Below are positions 1-14,413 of a stretch of 64,000 bases of DNA, one piece after another. Source of the DNA: Squalus acanthias (lineage: Eukaryota); contig JASTWF010000034.1 in NCBI GenBank assembly GCA_030390025.1, positions 3,472,001-3,536,000 of the forward strand, read 5' to 3'. The notes under the pieces were generated by a model. That model made no database searches. It was not told where the DNA came from and saw only the letters and a program-made list of their open reading frames with translations. The position numbers were made by a program, and so were the translations under genes. The first letter of the stretch is position 1, and each line of letters starts with the position of its first letter.

Positions 1-3000
1 AGTAAACTTATTCCCCGGTGTAGAGGGTATCGTCTCTCAATTAACAATGAACTGTAACTTTATTCCCCTGTATAGAGGGTCTCATGTCAAATTAACAATT
101 AGCTGTAACTTTATTCCCCAGTATAGAGGGTATCATCACAGATTAACAAATCACTTCAACTTTATTCCCCAGTGTAGAGGGCATCATTTAAAATTAATAT
201 GAACTGTAACTTTATTCCCTGGAGTTAAAGGCATCATGTCAAATTAACAATTTACTGTAACTTTATTCCCCAGTGCAGAGGTTATCATGTCAAATTAACA
301 ATTAGCTGTAACTTTATTCCCCAGTATAGAGGGTATCATCACAGATTAACAAATCACTTCAACTTTATTCCCCGGTGTTGAGTGCATCATGTCATAATTA
401 ACAATTAACTGTAACTTTATTCCACAGTGCAGAGAGCATCATGTAAATTCAACAATTAAGTGTAACTTTATTTTCTGGTGTTGAGGGCATCATGTCAAAG
501 TAACAATTAACTGTAACTTTACTCCCCAGTGTAGAGGGCATCATGTCAAATTAACAATTAACTGTAACTTTATTCCCGTGTGTAGATGGTATCATGTCTA
601 AATTAACAATTAACTGTAACTTTATACCCTGGTGTAGTGGGTATCAAGTCAAATTAACAATTGACAGTAACTTTATTCACTGGTGTGGTGGGAATCTTTT
701 CTTAATTTACAATTAACTGTAACTTTATTTCACGGATTGGAGGGAATCATATCAGAATTAACAAATAAATGTAAATTTATTCTCGTATGTAGAAGGCATC
801 ATATCTAAATTAACAATTAACTGTAACTTTATTCACCGGTGTAGAGGGCGTCACGTCGAAATTAACAATTAACTATAATTTTATTCACCAGTGCAGCGGA
901 CATCATGTCGAATTAACAATTAACTGTAACTTTATTCCCCGGTGTAGAGGATTTAATGTCTAAATTAACAATTGAACTTTACTTTATTCCCCGGTGCCGA
1001 GGGTATCATATCAAACTAACAATGGACTTTAACTTCATTCCAGGGTGTAGAGTGTATCATGTCAAAATTAACAATTAACTGTAATTTTTTTCCCGGTGTA
1101 GAGGGTACCATTTCAAATTAACTCTACCTGTATTCCCCAGTGTAGAGAGTACGATATTAAAAAAAAATCACTGTAACTTTATTCCACAGTGTTGAGGGTA
1201 TCATGGAAATTCAACAATTAACTGTAACTTTATTTTCTGGTGTAGAGGGTATCATGTCTAAATTAACAATTAACTGTAACTTTGATCTCTGGTGTAGAGA
1301 GTATCATGTCTAAATTAACAATTAACTGTAACATTTTTCCCCAGTGTAGAGGGTATCTTGTCAAATTAACAATTACATTAACTTTATTCCCCGGTGTAGA
1401 GGATATTATGTCAGATTAAAAGTTAACTGTAAATTTATTCTCTCGTGTACAGAATATCATGTCAAATTAAACATTAACTGTAGCTTTATTCTGTGGTGTA
1501 GAGGATATCATGTCTAAATTAACAATTATCTGTTACTTTAATCCACAGTGCAGAGTTTATCATGTCTAAATTAACAATTAGCTGTAAAATTATTCCCCGG
1601 ATTAAAGGTTATCACGTCTCAATTAACAATGAACTGTAACTATATTCCCCAGTGTAGAGGGCCCCATGTCGAAATTAACAATTAACTGTAACTTTATTCC
1701 CCGGTCTAGAGGGTACCATTTCCAATTGATTCCCCGGTGTAGAGATTATCATGTTCAAAAAAAATGACTGTAACTTTATTACACAGTGTGGAGGGTTTCA
1801 CGTTAATTCAACAATTAGCTGTAACTTTATTCTCTGGTGTAGAGGGTCTCATGTCTAAATTGACAATTTACTGTAATTTTATTCCCCAGTTTAGAGGGTA
1901 TCATGGCAGATTAACAATTAACTTCAACTTTATTCCCCGGTGTTGAGGTCATCATGTAAAATCAACAATTAACTGTAACTTTATTCCCCGGTGTAGAGGT
2001 AACATGTCTAATTAACTATTAACTGTAACTTTATTCCACAGTGTAAAGGGAATCATGTCAAATTAACAATTAACTGTAAATTTATTCCCTGGTGTAGAGG
2101 TTATCAAGTCAACTAAAAACATTACTGTAATTGTATTCGCTGGTGTAGAGGGTATCATGTCAAATTAACAATTAACTGTAACTTTATTCTTCGGTGTAGA
2201 GGGCATCATGTCAAATTAACAATCGACTGTAATTTTATTCCCTGGTGTAGAGTGTATCATGTCAAATTAACAATTTACTGTAACTTTATTCCCTGGTGTA
2301 GAGGGTACCATTTCAAATTATTGTATCTTTATTCCCCAGTGTAGAGATTACCATGTTAAAAAAAATAAATGTAACTTTATTCCACAGTGTAGAAGGTGTC
2401 ATGAAAATTCAACAATTATCTGTAAATTTATTTTCTGATGTAGAGGGTATCATGTCTAAATTAACAATTAAAGGTAACTGTATTCCCCGGTGTAGAGGAT
2501 ATAATGTCAAATTAGCAATTGACAGTAACTTTATTCCCTGGTGTGGTGGGAAACTTGTCTTAATTTACAATTAACTGTAACTTGATTTCACAGTGTGGAG
2601 GGAAACATATCTAAATTAACAAATAACTGTACATTTAATCCCCTGTGTAGAAGGTATCATGTCTAAATTAACAATGAACTGTAACTTTATTCAACAGTGT
2701 AGAGGGCATCACGTCGAAATTAACATTTAACTAAAACTTTATTCCCCGCTGTAGCGGACATCATGACAAATTAACAATTAACTGTAATTTTATTCCCCAG
2801 TGTAGAGGGCTTCATGTCTAAATTGACAATTGACATTTACTTTATTCCCCGGTGCCGAGGGTATCATGTCAAATTAACAATTAACTGTAATTTTATTCCC
2901 CGGTATTAGAGTTTATCATGTCAAATTAACAATTAACTGTAACTTTATTCCCCGGTGTAGAGGATACCATTTCAAACTAACTGTATCTTTATATACCAGT

Positions 3001-6000
3001 GTAGAGATTACAATGTTAAACAAAATTAACTGTAACTTTTTTCCACAGTGCAGAGAGCATCATGTAAATTCAACAATTAAGTGTAACGTTATTTTCTGGT
3101 GTAGACGGCATCATGTCTAAATTAACAATTAACGATAACTTTATTCCCCGGTGTAGAGGATATCATGTCAAATTAACAATTAACTGTAACTTTATTCCCC
3201 AGTGTCGAGGGTATCATGTAAAATTAACAATTAACTGTAACTTTATTCCACGGTGTAGAGGGTATCATGTCAAATTAACAATTAACTGTAACTTTATTCC
3301 CCGCTTTAGAGGGTAGCATTTCCAATTAACTGCCTCTTTATTCCCCGATGTAGAGATTATCATGTTCAAAAAAAATGACTGTAACTTTATTACACAGTGT
3401 GGAGGGTATCACGTCAATTCAACAATTAGCTGTAACTTTATTCTCTGGTGTAGAGGGTCTCATGTCTAAATTGACAATTTACTGTAATTTTATTCCCCAG
3501 TGTAGAGGGTATCATGACAGATTAACAATTAACTTCAACTTTATTCCCCGGTGTTGAGGGCATCATGTAAAATCAACAATTAACTGTAAATTTATTCCCC
3601 GGTGTAGATGGTATCATGTCAAATTAACAATTAACTGTAACTTTATTCCCCGGTGTAGAGGGTATCATGTCAAATTAATAATTAACTGTAACTTTATTCC
3701 CCGGTGTAGAGGGCGTCATGTCAAAATTAACATGTAACTGTAATTTTATTCCGCAGTGTAGAGGGCATCATGTCAAATTAACAATTAACTGTAACTTTAT
3801 TCCCCGGTTTAGAGGGTACCATTTCCAATTAACTGCCTCTTTATTCCCCGATGTAGAGATTATCATGTTCAAAAAAAATGACTGTAACTTTATTACACAG
3901 TGTGGAGGGTATCACGTCAATTCAACAATTAGCTCTAACTTTATTCTCTGTTGTAGAGGGTCTCATGTGTAAATTGACAATTTACTGTAATTTTATTCCC
4001 CAGTGTAGAGGGTATCATGACAGATTAACAATTAACTTCAACTTTATTCCCCGGTGTAGAGGGCATCATGTCAAAATTAACATGTAACTGTAATTTTATT
4101 CCGCAGTGTAGAGGGCATCATGTCAAATTAACAATTAACTGTAACTTTATTCCCCGGTTTAGAGGGTACCATTTCCAATTAACTGCCTCTTTATTCCCCG
4201 GTGTAGAGATTATCATGTTCAAAAAAAATGACTGTAACTTTATTACACAGTGTGGAGGGTATCACGTCAATTCAACAATTAGCTCTAACTTTATTCTCTG
4301 TTGTAGAGGGTCTCATGTGTAAATTGACAATTTACTGTAATTTTATTCCCCAGTGTAGAGGGTATCATGACAGATTAACAATTAACTTCAACTTTATTCC
4401 CCGGTGTAGAGGGCATCATGTCAAAATTAACATGTAACTGTAATTTTATTCCGCAGTGTAGAGGGCATCATGTCAAATTAACAATTAACTGTAACTTTAT
4501 TCCCCGGTTTAGAGGGTACCATTTCCAATTAACTGCCTCTTTATTCCCCGGTGTAGAGATTATCATGTTCAAAAAAAATGACTGTAACTTTATTACACAT
4601 TGTGGAGGGTATCACGTCAATTCAACAATTAGCTGTAACTTTATTCTCTGTTGTAGAGGGTCTCATGTCTAAATTGACAATTTACTGTAATTTTATTCCC
4701 CAGTGTAGAGGGTATCATGACAGATTAACAATTAACTTCAACTTTATTCCCCGGTGTTGAGGGCATCATGTAAAATCAACAATTAAATGTAACTTTATTC
4801 CCCGGTGTCGATGGTATCATGTCAAATTAACAATTAACTGTAACTTTATTCCGCAGTGTAGAGGGCATCATGTCAAATTAACAATTAACTGTAAATTTAT
4901 TCCCCGGTTTAGAGGGTACCATTTCCAATTAAATGCCTCTTTATTCCCCGGTGTTGAGGGCATCATCTAAAATCAACAATTAACTGTAACTTTATTCCCC
5001 GGTGTAGATGGTATCATGACAGATTAACAATTAATTTCAACTTTATTCCCCGGTGTTGAGGGTATCATGTCAAATTAATAATTAACTGTAACTTTATTCC
5101 CCGGTGTAGAGGGCGTCATGTCAAAATTAACATGTAAATGTAATTTTATTCCGCAGTGTAGAGGGCATCATGTCAAATTAACAATTAACTGTAACTATTT
5201 ACCCCGGTGTAGCGGATATCATGCCCAATTAAAATTTACTGTAAATTTATTTTCTTGTGTACAGGATATAAATTAAATTAAAAATTAACTGTAACTTTAT
5301 TCCCTGGTGTAGAGGATATCATGTCTAAATTAACAATTAACTGTACCTTTATTCCCCATTGTCAAGATTATCATGTCTCAATTAACAATGAACTGTAAAT
5401 TTATTCTGCGATGTAGAAGGAATCATTTCTAAATTAACAATTAACTGTAACTTTATTCCCCGATGTAGAGGGCATCGTGTCTAAATTTAGAATTAACTTT
5501 AAATTTATTCCCCTGTGTAGAAGGTATCATGTCTAAATTAAAAATTTACTATAAATTTATTCCCCGGTGTAGAGGGCATAATTTCAAATTAACAATTAAC
5601 TGTAACTTAATTCCCCGGTGTAGAGGGAATCATGTCAAATTAACATTTAACTGAAACTTTAATCCCTGGTGTAGTGTGTATCATGTCTAAATTAACAATT
5701 AACTGTCACATTATTCCCCGGTGTAGAGAGTATCGTGTCTAAATTAACAATTAACTGTAACTTTATTCCGCAGTGTAGAGGGTACCATTTCAAATGAACA
5801 ATTAACTGTATATTTATTCCCCGGTGTAGAGGTATCATATCAAATTAACAATTAACTGTGACTTTTTTACCCGTTGTAGAGGGTATCATGTCAAATTAAC
5901 AATCAATTGTAACTTTATTCCCAGATGTTGAGGGTAACATGTCTAATTAACAATTAACTGTAACTTTATTCCCCGTTGTAGATGGTATCATGTCAAATTA

Positions 6001-8044
6001 ACACCTGACCGTAACTTTATTCCCCGGTGTAGAGGGTATCAGGTCTAAATTAACAATTAACTGTAATTTTATTACCGGTGAATAGGGTATAATTTCAAAT
6101 TCACAATTGACTGTATATTTATTCCCCAGTGCAGAGGATATCATGTCAAAAAAACAATTGATTGTAACTTTATTTCCCCGGTGTAGAAGGTATCAGGTCT
6201 AAATCAACAATTAGCTTTAAATTTATTGCCCGGTGTGGAGGGCATCATCTCAAAATGAATATTTAACTGTAACTTTATTCCACGGTGTAGTGGGCATCAT
6301 CATGTCAAATTAACAATTAACTGTAATATTATTCTCTGGTGTAGAGGGTATCATGTCTAAATTAACAATCAATTGTAACTTTATTCCCTGGTGTAGAGGA
6401 TATCATGTCAAATTTATAATGCACTTTAACTTTATTCTCACGTGCAGAGGATATCATTTCTAAATTAACAATAAACTGTAACATGTTCCACAGTGTAGAG
6501 GGTATTATGAGTAACTTAGGAATTAACTGTAAATTTATCCACCGGTTTGGAGGGCGTCATGTCTTAATAAACAATTAACTGTAACTTTATTCCCTGGTGT
6601 AGAGTGCATCATGTCAAATTAACATCTAACTGATTCTGTATTCTCCGGTATATAAGGTATCCTGTCAAATTAACAATTGACTGTTAAGTTGTTCCCCGGT
6701 GCAGAGGGAATCATGTCAAATTAACAATTAACTGTAACTTTATTCCCCAGTTTAAAGGATATCATGTCAAATTAAAAATTAACTGTTACTTTATTCTCTC
6801 GTGTAGAAGGTATCATGTCAAATTAAGAATTAACTGTAAGATTTAACCAGTGTGGAGGGCATCTTGTCAAATTAACAATTAAATTAACTTTATTCCCCGG
6901 TGTAGAGGATATTATGTCATTTAAACATTAACTGTAACATTATTCTCTTGTGTACAGGATATCATGTCAAATATAATTTAACTGTAACTTTATTCGGTGC
7001 TGTAGAGGATATCATGTCTAAATTAAAAATTAACTGAAAAATTATTCCCTGGTGTAGTGCTTATCATGTCTAAATTAACAATTAACGGTAACTTTATTCC
7101 CCTGTGTAGAGAAAATCATGTCCAACTTAACAATTAACAGTAAGATTATTCCCCGATGTTGAGCGAATCCTGTCTAAATTAACAATTAACTGTAACTTTA
7201 TTCCCCTGTGTAGAAGGTATCATGTCTAAATTAACAATTAACTGTAACTTTATTCCCCAGTGCAGAGGTTATCATGTCTAAATTAACAATTGACATTTAC
7301 TTTATTCCCCGGTGCAGAGGGTATCATGTCAAATTAACAATTGAGTGTACTTTTATTCCCCGGTGTAATGTGTATCAAGTCAAAATTTACAATTAACTGT
7401 AAACTTATTCCCCGGTGGAGAGGGTATCGTCTCTCAATTATCAATGAACTGTAACTTTATTCCCCGGGGTAGAGGTCATCTTGTCAAATTTCCAATTAAC
7501 TGTAAATTTATTCTCTGGTGTAGAGGAGATAATGTCTAAATTAACAATTAACTGTAACAAAATTCCCCAGTGTAGAGGAAAACATGTCTCAATTAACAAT
7601 TAACTGTAATTTATTCCCCAGTGTAGAGGATATCATGTCTAAATTAACAATTAACTGTAACTTTAATCCCTGGTGTCGAGGGTATCATGTCAATTCAATT
7701 ACTGTAACTTTAATCCACAGTGTAGAGGGCTACATGTAAAATTAACACTTAACTGTAAATTTATTACCTGGTGTAGAGGGTATCATGTCACATTAACAAT
7801 TAACTGTAACTTTATTCCATGATGTAGAGTGTATCTTGTCAAATTAACAATTAACTGTAAATTCATCCCCGGTGTAGAGGTATCATGTCACATTAACAAT
7901 TAACTGAAACATTATTCCCCGTTGTAGAGAGTATCATGTCTAAATTAACAATGAACTGTAACTTTATTCCATGATGCAGAGTGTATCTTGTCAAATTATT
8001 AATTAACTATTACTATATTCCCCGGTGTAGATGGAATCATATCT
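1..8044. repeat. 51/52-bp AT-rich satellite array, block 1 (runs off the window start)
   Basis: Head-to-tail copies of ~AATTAACAATTAACTGTAACTTTATTCCCCGGTGTAGAGGGTATCATGTC(T)A; the 17-aa periodic ORFs (KLTINCNFIPRCRGYHV) confirm the 51-bp period. Confidence 0.97.
3250..4950. repeat. 350-bp higher-order repeat inside the satellite
   Basis: Near-identical ORFs start at 3718/4068/4418 and 3878/4228/4578 (exact 350-bp spacing); diagnostic variant monomers recur in the same order. Confidence 0.92.
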
Positions 8045-8099
8045 TACATAGAAACATAGAAGATAGGAGCAGGAGTAGGCCATTTGAACCCTCGAGCCT

Positions 8100-10914
8100 G
8101 CTCCGCCATTCGATGAGATCATGGCTGATCATCCAAACTCAGTACCCTGTACCTGCCTTCTCCCCATATTCCTTGATACCTTTATCTTTAAGAAATATAT
8201 CTAACTCATTCTTGAATATATTTAATGACTTGGCCTCAACTACCTTCTGTGGTAGAGAATTACACAGATTCACCACTCTCTAGGTGAAGACATTTTCCCT
8301 AATTTCTGTCCTAAATGGCTTACCCCTTATCCTTCGATTATGACCCCTGGTTCTTGAGTCTCCGAACATCGGGAACATTCTTCCTGTATCTAGTTTGTCC
8401 AGACCTGTCAGAATGTTATATGCTTCGATGAGATCCCCTCTCATTCTTCTATACTCCAGCGAGTATAAGCCCAATCGACCCAATCTCTCCTCATATGTCA
8501 TTCCTACCATCCCAGGTATCAGCCTTGTGAATCTTCGCTGAACTCCTTCCATGGCAAGAACATCCTTCCTCAGATAAGGTGACCAAAACTGCACACAGTA
8601 CTCAAGGTGTGGTCTCACCAAGGCCCTGTACAACTGCAGCAGGACATCCCTGTTCCTATACTCAAACCCTTTCACTATGAAGGCCAACATACCATTTGCC
8701 TTCTTCACCGCCTGCTGCACCTGCATGCTTACCTTCAGCGACTGGTGCACAAGGACACCCAGGTCTCGTTGCACTTCCCCTTCTCCCAATCTATTGCCAT
8801 TCAGAAAATAGCCTGCCTTTCTGTTTTTGACACCAAAGTGGATAACCTCGCATTTATCCACGTTATATTACATCTGCCACGCTTCTACCCACTCACCCAA
8901 CCTGTCCAAATCATCCTGGAGTTTCTCGGTATCCTCCTCGCAGCACACACGCCCACCCAGCTTTGTGTGATCTGCAAACTTGGAGATATTACATTTAGTT
9001 CCCTTAGCTAGATCATTAATGTATATTGTGAATAGCTGGGTTCCAAGAACCGATCCCTGCGGTACCCCACTAGTCACTGCCTGCCACTCGGAAAAAGACC
9101 CATTAATTCCTACTCTCTGCTTTCTGTCCGCCAACCAGTTCTCTATCCAAGTCAATACCTTGCCCCCAATCCCATGTGCCTTAACTTTACACGCTAATAT
9201 CTTATGCGGGACCTTATCGAAAGCCTTTTGAAAGTCCAAATGCACCACATCTATTGGTTCTCCTTTATCTATTTTCCCAGTTACATCCTCAAAAAATTCC
9301 AGTAGATTAGTCAAGCACGATTTAACTTTTGTAAATCCATGTTGACTTTGTCCGATCCTGTCACTGTTTTTCAAGTGCTCAGCTATTACATCCTTTATAA
9401 TGGACTCTAGCATTTCCCCCACTACCGATGTCAGGCTTTCTCTCTACCACCCTTTTTGAATAGTGGGGTAACATTAGCTACCCTCCAATCCACGGGTACA
9501 TTTCCAGATTCCATCGAATGTTGGAAGATGACCAGCAATGCATCTACTATTTCTAGAGCCTCTTCCTTAATTACCCTAGGATGTAGATTATCAGGCCCTG
9601 AGGATTTATCGCCCTTCAATCCCGTCAATTTCCCTAACACCATTTCCCTGCAAATACTGATTTCTTTCAGTTCCTCCCTTTCATCAGACCCTATGTTCTC
9701 CAACATCTCTGGGAGGTTATTTATGTCCTCCTTTGTGAAGACAGAACCAAAATATGCATTTAATTGGTCTGCCATTTCTTTGTTCCCAATTATAACTGCC
9801 CCCGCTTCTGACTGCAAGGGACCTACACTTGATTTCACTAATCTTTTTCTCTTCACATATCTATAAAAGCTCTTACAGTCAGTTTTTATGTTCCCTGCAA
9901 GCTTACTTTCATATTCTATTTTCCCCTTCTTAATTAATCCCTTTGTCCTCCTTTGTTGAATCCTAAACTGCTCCCAATCCTCACGGTTACCGCTTTTTCT
10001 GGGCAATTTATATGCCCTCTCATTGGATCTCATGCTATCCTTAATTTCCCTTGTTAGCCACGGTTGAGTCACCAGTTTTGCTTTATTCTTATGCCACACT
10101 GGGATGAACAAATTCTGTAGTTCATCCATGCAGTCTTTGAATGTTTGCCATTGCCTATCTACCGTCAACCCTTTCAGTGACATTCCCCAATCAATCCTAC
10201 CCAATTCGCGCCTCAAACCATCGAAGTTTCTTTATTAAAATTCAGGACCCTAGTCTCTGACTTCAACTACTTCACTCTCCCTCCTAATGAAGAATTCTAT
10301 CATATTATGATCACTCTGACCCAAGGGGCCACGTACAACAAGATTGCTAATTAATCCTTTCTCGTTAAATAATACCCAGTCTAAGATGGCCTGATCTCTG
10401 GTTGGTTCCTCGACATATTGTTCCAGAAAACCATCCCGTAAACATTCTAGGAATTCCTCCTCCACGGTACTTTTACTAATTTGGTTAGCCCAATCTATAT
10501 GTAAATTAAAGTCACCCATGATGACTGCTGTGCCCTTACTGCATGCTTCTCTAATTTCCCTTTTAATGTGGTCCCCAACATTCGTATTACTGTTTGGAGG
10601 TCTATATACCACTCCCACTATCGTTTTCTGCCGCTAGTTATTTCTCAGTTCTACCCATACAGATTCCGCATCATCAGAGCTAATATCCTTCTTTCAATTG
10701 TGTTAATCCCCTCTTTTACCAGCCATGCTACCCCACCTCCCTTTCTTTTTTGCCTATCTTTCCTAAATATTGAATACCCATGCATGTTGAGTTCCCCGAC
10801 TTGGCCACCCTGGAGCCATTTTTCTGCAATCCCAATCAAATCGTATTCATTTACCTCTAGTTGCGCAGCTAATTCATCCACCTTGTTCCGAATGCTCCTT
10901 GCATTAAGACACAA
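8100..10914 (-). pseudogene. CR1 ORF2 (APE endonuclease plus reverse transcriptase), fragmented
   Basis: Collinear ORF fragments 10651..10914, 10250..10618 (GDFN, SDHN), 9431..10216, 8868..9422, 8280..8861. Confidence 0.93.
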
Positions 10915-11274
10915 AGCCTTCAGGCTTGTTTTTTAAGGCTCTCAGACCTATATGAATTATTATTTACTGTGACCATGTTTGATTTAAACCGTTGAGTTCT
11001 TTCCCTTCTACTTTTGTTTTTCTCCATCCTGTCTTTCGCTTTTATCCTTGTTTCCCTTTCCTCTGTCTCCCTGCTCAGGTTCCCAAACCCCTGCCACTTT
11101 AGTTTAAACCCTCCCCAAGTGCACTCGCAAACACTCCCCCTAGGACATCGACCCGGCCCTGCGCAGGTGCAGACCGTCCCGTTTGTACTGGTCCCACCTC
11201 CCCCAGAACCGGTTCCAATGTCCAAGGAATTTGAATCCCTCCCCCTTGCACCATTCCTCTAGCCACGTATTCAT

Positions 11275-12047
11275 TTGAAATATCCTCCTATTTCTACTCT
11301 GACTGCACGTGGCACTGGTAGCAATCCTGAGATTACTATCTTTGATGTCCTATTTTATAATTTACCTCCTAACTCCCTATATTCTGCTTTTAGGAACTCA
11401 TCCCTTTTTTTACCTATAGCGTTGATGCCTATGTGCACCACGACAACGGGCAGTTCGCCCTCCCCCTCCAAAATGTTCTGTAGCCGCTCTGAGAGGTCCT
11501 TGACCCTTGCACCAGGGAGGCAACACACCGTCCTGGAGTCTCGTTTGCGGCCGCAGAAACGCATATCTATTCCCCTTACAATTGAGTCCCCTATCACTAT
11601 AGCCCTTCCACATGTTTTCCTCCCAGCCTGTGCAGCAGAGCCACCCATGGTGCCAGGAAGTTGGCTGCTGCTGCCTTCCCCTGATAAGTCATCCGCCCCA
11701 ACAGTATCCAAAGTGGTATATCTGTTTGAGAGGGGCTTGGCCACAGGGGACCCTTGCACTACCTGCCTTCACCTCTTACTCTGCCTGGTGGTCACCCATT
11801 CACTTCCTGCCTGTACACCCTTTATCTGCAGTGTGACCAACTCGCGAAACGTGCTATCCACGACGTTCTCAGCGTCGCGAATGCTCCAATAAGCATCCAT
11901 CCGCAGTTCCAGCGCTGCAATGCGGTCTAGCAGTAGTTGCAGCTGGATACACTTCCCACACACATGGTCGTCAGGGACACCGGAAGGGTCCCTGATTTCC
12001 CACATATAGCAGGAGGAGCATATCACGGGGCGGAGCTCTCCTGCCAT
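11275..12047 (-). pseudogene. CR1 ORF1 (zinc finger/leucine zipper plus SGNH esterase), frameshifted
   Basis: ORFs 11769..12047 and 11355..11759: MAGELRPVICSSC...CGKC, GDSIVRG, CCLPGARVKD, VVHIG. Confidence 0.9.
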
Positions 12048-12133
12048 GACTTACCCTTTAATTAATTAATTAAAATTAAATTAAATGAATCCCACCAATT
12101 TCACTTCAATTAAATGATATACTCAAGATCCCT

Positions 12134-12363
12134 TTCCCGACACTGGCCTCTGTAAAAAGCCCACAGAAGTGAGTTTAACTACTTACTGTGCTGCTGCTCT
12201 CTCCGCTCCCGACACTGGCCTCTGGAAAAACCCCGCGAAAGTGAGTTTAACTACTCACTGTGCTGTTGCTCTCTCCGCTCCAGACACTGACCCCTGTAAA
12301 AAAGCCCGCGAAAGTGAGTTTAAATACTCACTGTGCTGCTGCTCTCTCCGCTTCCGACACTGT
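12134..12363 (-). repeat. Three 72-bp tandem monomers in the CR1 5' UTR
   Basis: CC(C/A)GACACTG recurs at about 12136, 12208, 12280 and 12352 with conserved intervening sequence. Confidence 0.9.
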
Positions 12364-12366
12364 TCC

Positions 12367-14178
12367 TAATTAACAATTAAGTGTAACTTTATTCTCCGGT
12401 GTAGTGGGAATCCTGTCAAATTAACCATTAACTGCAACTTTATTCCCCAGGGTAGAGGGTTTCAGGTCTAAATTAAAAATTAACTGTAACTTTATTCCCC
12501 GGTGTAGAGGGTATCATTTCAAATTAACAATTGACTGTATCTTTATTGCCCAGTGTCGATGTTTCATGTCAAAAAAAACAATTGAATGTAACATTACTCC
12601 ACAGTGTAGAGCCTATCATGTCAAATGAACAATCAACTTCAACTTTAATCCCCAGTGTAAAGGGTATCATGAGAAAATGAACAATTAAATATAACGTTAT
12701 TCCCCGGTGTAGAGGGCATCATGTCAAAATTAACAATTAACTGTAACTTTATTTCCCGGAGTAGAGGGCTTCATGTCAAAATTAGTAATTAAGTGTACCT
12801 TTAACCCCAGGTGTAGAGGACATCATGTCAATTTAACAATTAACTAAATGTATTCTCTGGTGTAGAGGATATCATGTCAAACTAAAAATGAACAGTAATT
12901 TTATTCCACAGTGTAGAGGGTATCATGTCTAAATTAACAATTAACTGTAACTTTATTCCACGGTTTGGAGGGCATCATGTCTAAATTAACAATTAACTGT
13001 AACTTTATTCCCTGGTGTATAGATTATCATATCTAAATTAACAATTGACTGTTACTTTACTCCCCGGTGCATAGTTTATCATGTCAAATTAACAATTAAC
13101 GTTAATTTTATTCCCCGGTTTACAGGTCATCATCTAAAATTAACAATTAACTGTAAATTTAATCCCCGGAGTAGAGGGTATCATATCTAAATTAACAATT
13201 AACTGTAACTTTATTCACTGGTTTAGAGGGTTTCATGTCCAAATTAACAAGTAACAGTAACTTTTTTCACGGTGTAGAGGATATCTTGTCAAATTAACAA
13301 TTAACTGTAAATTTATTCCCCGATATAGAGGATATCATGTCCAATTGACAATTAACGTTATGTTTATTCACTGGTGTAGAGGGTAACATGTCAAATTCAA
13401 GTTTAACTGAAACTTTATTCCCCGGTGTAGAGGGAATCATGTCAAATTAACATTTATCTGAAACTTTATTCCCCGGTGCAGAGGGTATCATGTCAAATTA
13501 ACAATTTATTGTAACTTTATTCCCCAGTGTAGAGTGTTGCATTTTAAATTAACAATTAACTATAACTTTATTCTCTGGTGTAGAGGATATCATGTCAAAT
13601 TAAAAATGAACTGTAACTTTACTCACTGGTGTGGAGGGCATCCTGTCTAAATTAACAATGAACTGTAACTTTATTCCCAGGTTCAGTGGGTAACATGTCA
13701 AATTAGCAATTGATTGAAACTTTATTCCCTGGTGTAGAGGGAATCATATCCAATAAACAATTATCTCTAAGTTTATTCCCTGGTCTAGAGGGAATCATGT
13801 CTAAATTAACAATTACCTGTAACTTTATTCCCCGGTGCAGAGGGTATAATGTCAAATTAATAATTGACTGTAATTTCTTTCCCTGGAGCAGAGTGTATCA
13901 TGTCAAATAAATAATTAACTGTAACTTTATTCCCAGGATTAGAGGGAATTATGTCTAAATTAATATTTAACTGTAACATTATTCCCCGGTGTAGAGGGCA
14001 TCCTATCAAATTAACAATTAACTGTAACTTTATTCCCCGGTTTAGAGAGAATCATGTCAAATTAACAATTAACTGTAACTTTATTCTCAGGTGTAGAGGG
14101 TATCATGTCAAATAAAACATTGACTATCTTTATTCCTCAGTGTAGAGGGTATCATGTCAAATAAACAATTGACTCTCT
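12367..14178. repeat. 51/52-bp satellite, block 2
   Basis: Same monomer, resuming in phase after the CR1 (..GAATCATATCT | TAATTAACAATT..). Confidence 0.96.
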
Positions 14179-14413
14179 TGCTGTGGCTGCCGCGAAGCAC
14201 GAATTGAGGCCGAGTCAATATGTGAAACACACAGATTTTAATCACATCTCTGGTAAAATGGCTGCTACAACATTTCTCTGCAAAAACCCAGAGGCCACGC
14301 CCACTCCTTTTGTCCTGTCTTAAAGGCAGAATGCGCCTTAAAGGCAAGGTGCCCGATTTATTGTCCACGGACGGAAAAGTGGAATGCGCCCGTTTAGGTG
14401 GCGTTCCGCCACA
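14179..14413 (-). repeat. 3' LTR of the gypsy element (PPT GGGGGAG adjacent, about 14416-14423)
   Basis: Aligns along its length with 16664-16897. Confidence 0.9.

Larger units (their letters stand above)
8045..12366 (-). mobile_element. Near full-length decayed CR1 LINE inserted in the satellite
   Basis: ORF1 zinc-finger/zipper (CSSC..CGKC) plus SGNH esterase (IGDSIVRG), ORF2 APE (CLNARSIRNK) and RT (LDFQKAFDKVPH, GVPQGSVLG, KFADHTK), (TTTCTATG)n-type 3' tail at ~8045; many frameshifts. Confidence 0.95.

Noticed and set aside
8607..11892. Plus-strand ORFs over the CR1 (likewise 30768..31820 minus and 60002..62202 plus)
   Set aside because: Antisense shadows of LINE coding sequence.
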